From NCBI RefSeq assembly GCF_964355755.1, contig NC_092674.1, positions 30,566,001-30,630,000 of the forward strand: 64,000 nt of DNA, in the 5' to 3' direction. The DNA is from Antedon mediterranea. Lineage: Eukaryota; Animalia; Echinodermata. Numbering within the stretch: the first letter of the stretch is position 1; each line of letters opens with the position of its first letter. Shown here in pieces: positions 61,774 to 64,000 of the stretch. The position numbers were made by a program, and so were the translations under genes. The notes under the pieces are model-generated. The model did not search any database. It worked only from the letters and a program-made list of their open reading frames with translations, and had not been told where the DNA came from.

Positions 61774-63659
61774 AGCGGAAAACCGCGTAGCTTGTCCCAC
61801 GTACAATCTGTACTCGACTGAAACCGCCTGTCCGCTCCGCGCTTTGGTCATAAGGAATATAACAATGAGTCTGTATTCTTATTACTGTTACCGCTCGTTT
61901 GTGTAAATTGGACAAGTTGGATTACGTTTGCGAGGTACGCAAAGCAACAAAAAAAACGGTGTTCAGTTCCCACTTGTGACACGTAAGTTCTTACGGCACT
62001 TTTCGTCGATACGTTACGTCTGCGTCGTACTTCGTTGCGTCCTAGTGGGAACCAAGCTTTACCCATTAATCCCTTCTCAATCTATCGTACACACTCGTCA
62101 ACATACTCGGGTAGGTGTAAATAATCTACTATATTAAAGTAGTGCGTGTGTACTTACACAATGGTAAAATTAAATATTCTATTAATATCGGAAACAATGG
62201 TGTAGGCTTATTGTGTGTATGTAAATGTAATGTGGTATGACCCTGGCAACCACACACGATGGGTTAAATGATGACAGATGGACAAAAAAGGGGGAATTTC
62301 CCTTTCTATTTTTATTTACAAACCCGGAAATCGCGGTTTTTGAAAATAATAAATCTTTTGTTATGACACTAGCATGGGAACATGTTAGTTCTACATCTCC
62401 CATCAAAATACAAGGAGGCATGGGGGACGCACATGAATCACCCCGTCGTAGAACGATTTCTTCGACCGCCTGGGTCGGTCGTCCAGGAAAAGCTTGTTTA
62501 TCTGTATGGTATCTGCTTACATAAACTTTAGTTTGAACTGTTCATGCTCCCACTCCTCTCCCCTCCTCCTCATTCCCCCTCTTTCCGTCCTTCCTCCCTC
62601 GTTGCGTATATACCAAGTGCAGATACTGTAGTGGATTGCGGATTCTTGATGGATTTGATTGACCAGAACTAAAAATATAATCATTATTGATATTACATAC
62701 ATGGTCTACATACACGTTAGTTATCATGATGACATTGTATGTAGGCCTAGTCAATGTTAGTACATTCACGTTCGTATTTTATAACATATTGATTGCATAT
62801 AGACCTTTTATTTTCCCGGGGACCAATCATTTCGATTCAGGATGCTTCCTTTTTGTAGAAGCTTGGTTCCACACGCAACGCAGGGACGCAGATGTGACGC
62901 AACGAAAGTAATTTGCAAAGGCTCACTGTTGCTTCATGGTGTAATTAGACCATTTGAATTGCGCGTAAGGCGTCCTGGCGTACATTTGTGCGTCCTCCTA
63001 AAAAATCATTTAGGGAATCGTATACTTTCAGTATCGTGGTAGACCTACTGTTATTTATTTTTATTTATTTTCTTTTGAGGCAAATTGCCAAGGATAACCA
63101 CAATTTAATTCATTCATTATCCTTCTCAAAGGTGGCAATCCCTTTAAAGTTGAAAAGAAATAACTCAATGTTAATGAACATTATAAAAACAAACATCTTT
63201 GCACTACAATAGATTTGTTTGGTTTGGTTTTATTATTTCAAGTACCCTGGTATAATGGAGGTTTAATTTCGTTATACAATTACTGCAACGTAATATCTCC
63301 TTTTGTTGTTTCCTCTTTGTCAAAAAGCCAAAAACATAAAATAGGCTTTTACCAAAATTCCCACTTGCTCGCTAGTGTCTGTTGCAAACAAGGAAGTAAA
63401 TACTTTCTTAGAACGTATATAAACAGCTTGTATAATAATAGTCTGTTAATAAGTGACTACAGTATTTATATATTTGACGTCATTTATTGCATACGTTTTC
63501 TGTTGTGATCCTCATAGAGATTTCAGTAGACCTACATACTATTTGATGTATTCAAACTACTGTGTCGTCCGCCGCGTCATATCATCGTATGATGCCTAGT
63601 ATGTTTTGATTCAAATTGGTATCTCCTGTCAACAATAGGAAAAAAGACATTTTTACTGA

Positions 63660-63782
63660 TCCGCTCTGTTGCTGCTTCGTTCTGTTGCTGCTCAGTTCTA
63701 TTGCTGCTCTGTTCCGTTGCTGCTTCGTTCTGTTGCTGCTCCGTCCTGTTGCTGCTTCGTTCTGTTGCTGCTCCGCTCTGTA
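63660..63782. repeat. 16-bp tandem repeat (ctgttgctgct[t/c]cgtt), ~7 copies
   Basis: Direct inspection. Confidence 0.9.
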
Positions 63783-64000
63783 CAGTGTTGTAAAAATGTC
63801 TTCTGTTACAAGCCCACTGATCGTCAACACTTCACGACGTCCGAAAACTCTATCATTTGGACAGGTTTTGGTGCAGTTACTGCGAACAGGACTAAGAAGT
63901 AACGAAAATAATCCACCACCAGAAAGCGAGGATGGATGCTATGCTTCTCTTCTCTTTTTCATCGCCTTATGTTCCTTCGGATCTGTCATGATCTTTTCCA

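Noticed and set aside
62100-64000. Possible 3' end of another minus-strand gene (…EKIMTDPKEHKAMKKRREA* at the window edge) and short ORFs at 62182-62911
   Set aside because: Too short and truncated to identify, and no consistent exon chain was found.

Overview
AT-rich, intron-containing metazoan genomic DNA. A marine invertebrate, probably an echinoderm or other deuterostome, is inferred from the echinoidin-like lectin and the repeat landscape. Six protein-coding genes can be reconstructed by hand from GT-AG junctions: a C-type lectin (+, ~829-1354), two tandem type II transmembrane collagens (-, 3354-15003 and 17175-26896), VAMP7 (+, 37583-41350), ILK (-, 44470-55985) and RRP8 (+, 58179-60676), with ILK and RRP8 head-to-head. 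Introns and intergenic DNA are rich in MITEs, a two-copy non-autonomous Helitron, nested DNA transposons, Penelope-type minimal hammerhead ribozyme motifs and tandem repeats. The most unusual structure is a ~5.2 kb, ~200-copy 26-bp satellite whose unit is the exon-2 5' splice junction of the first collagen gene, split in exact register by a Helitron. All gene models are manual, with no RNA or database evidence.
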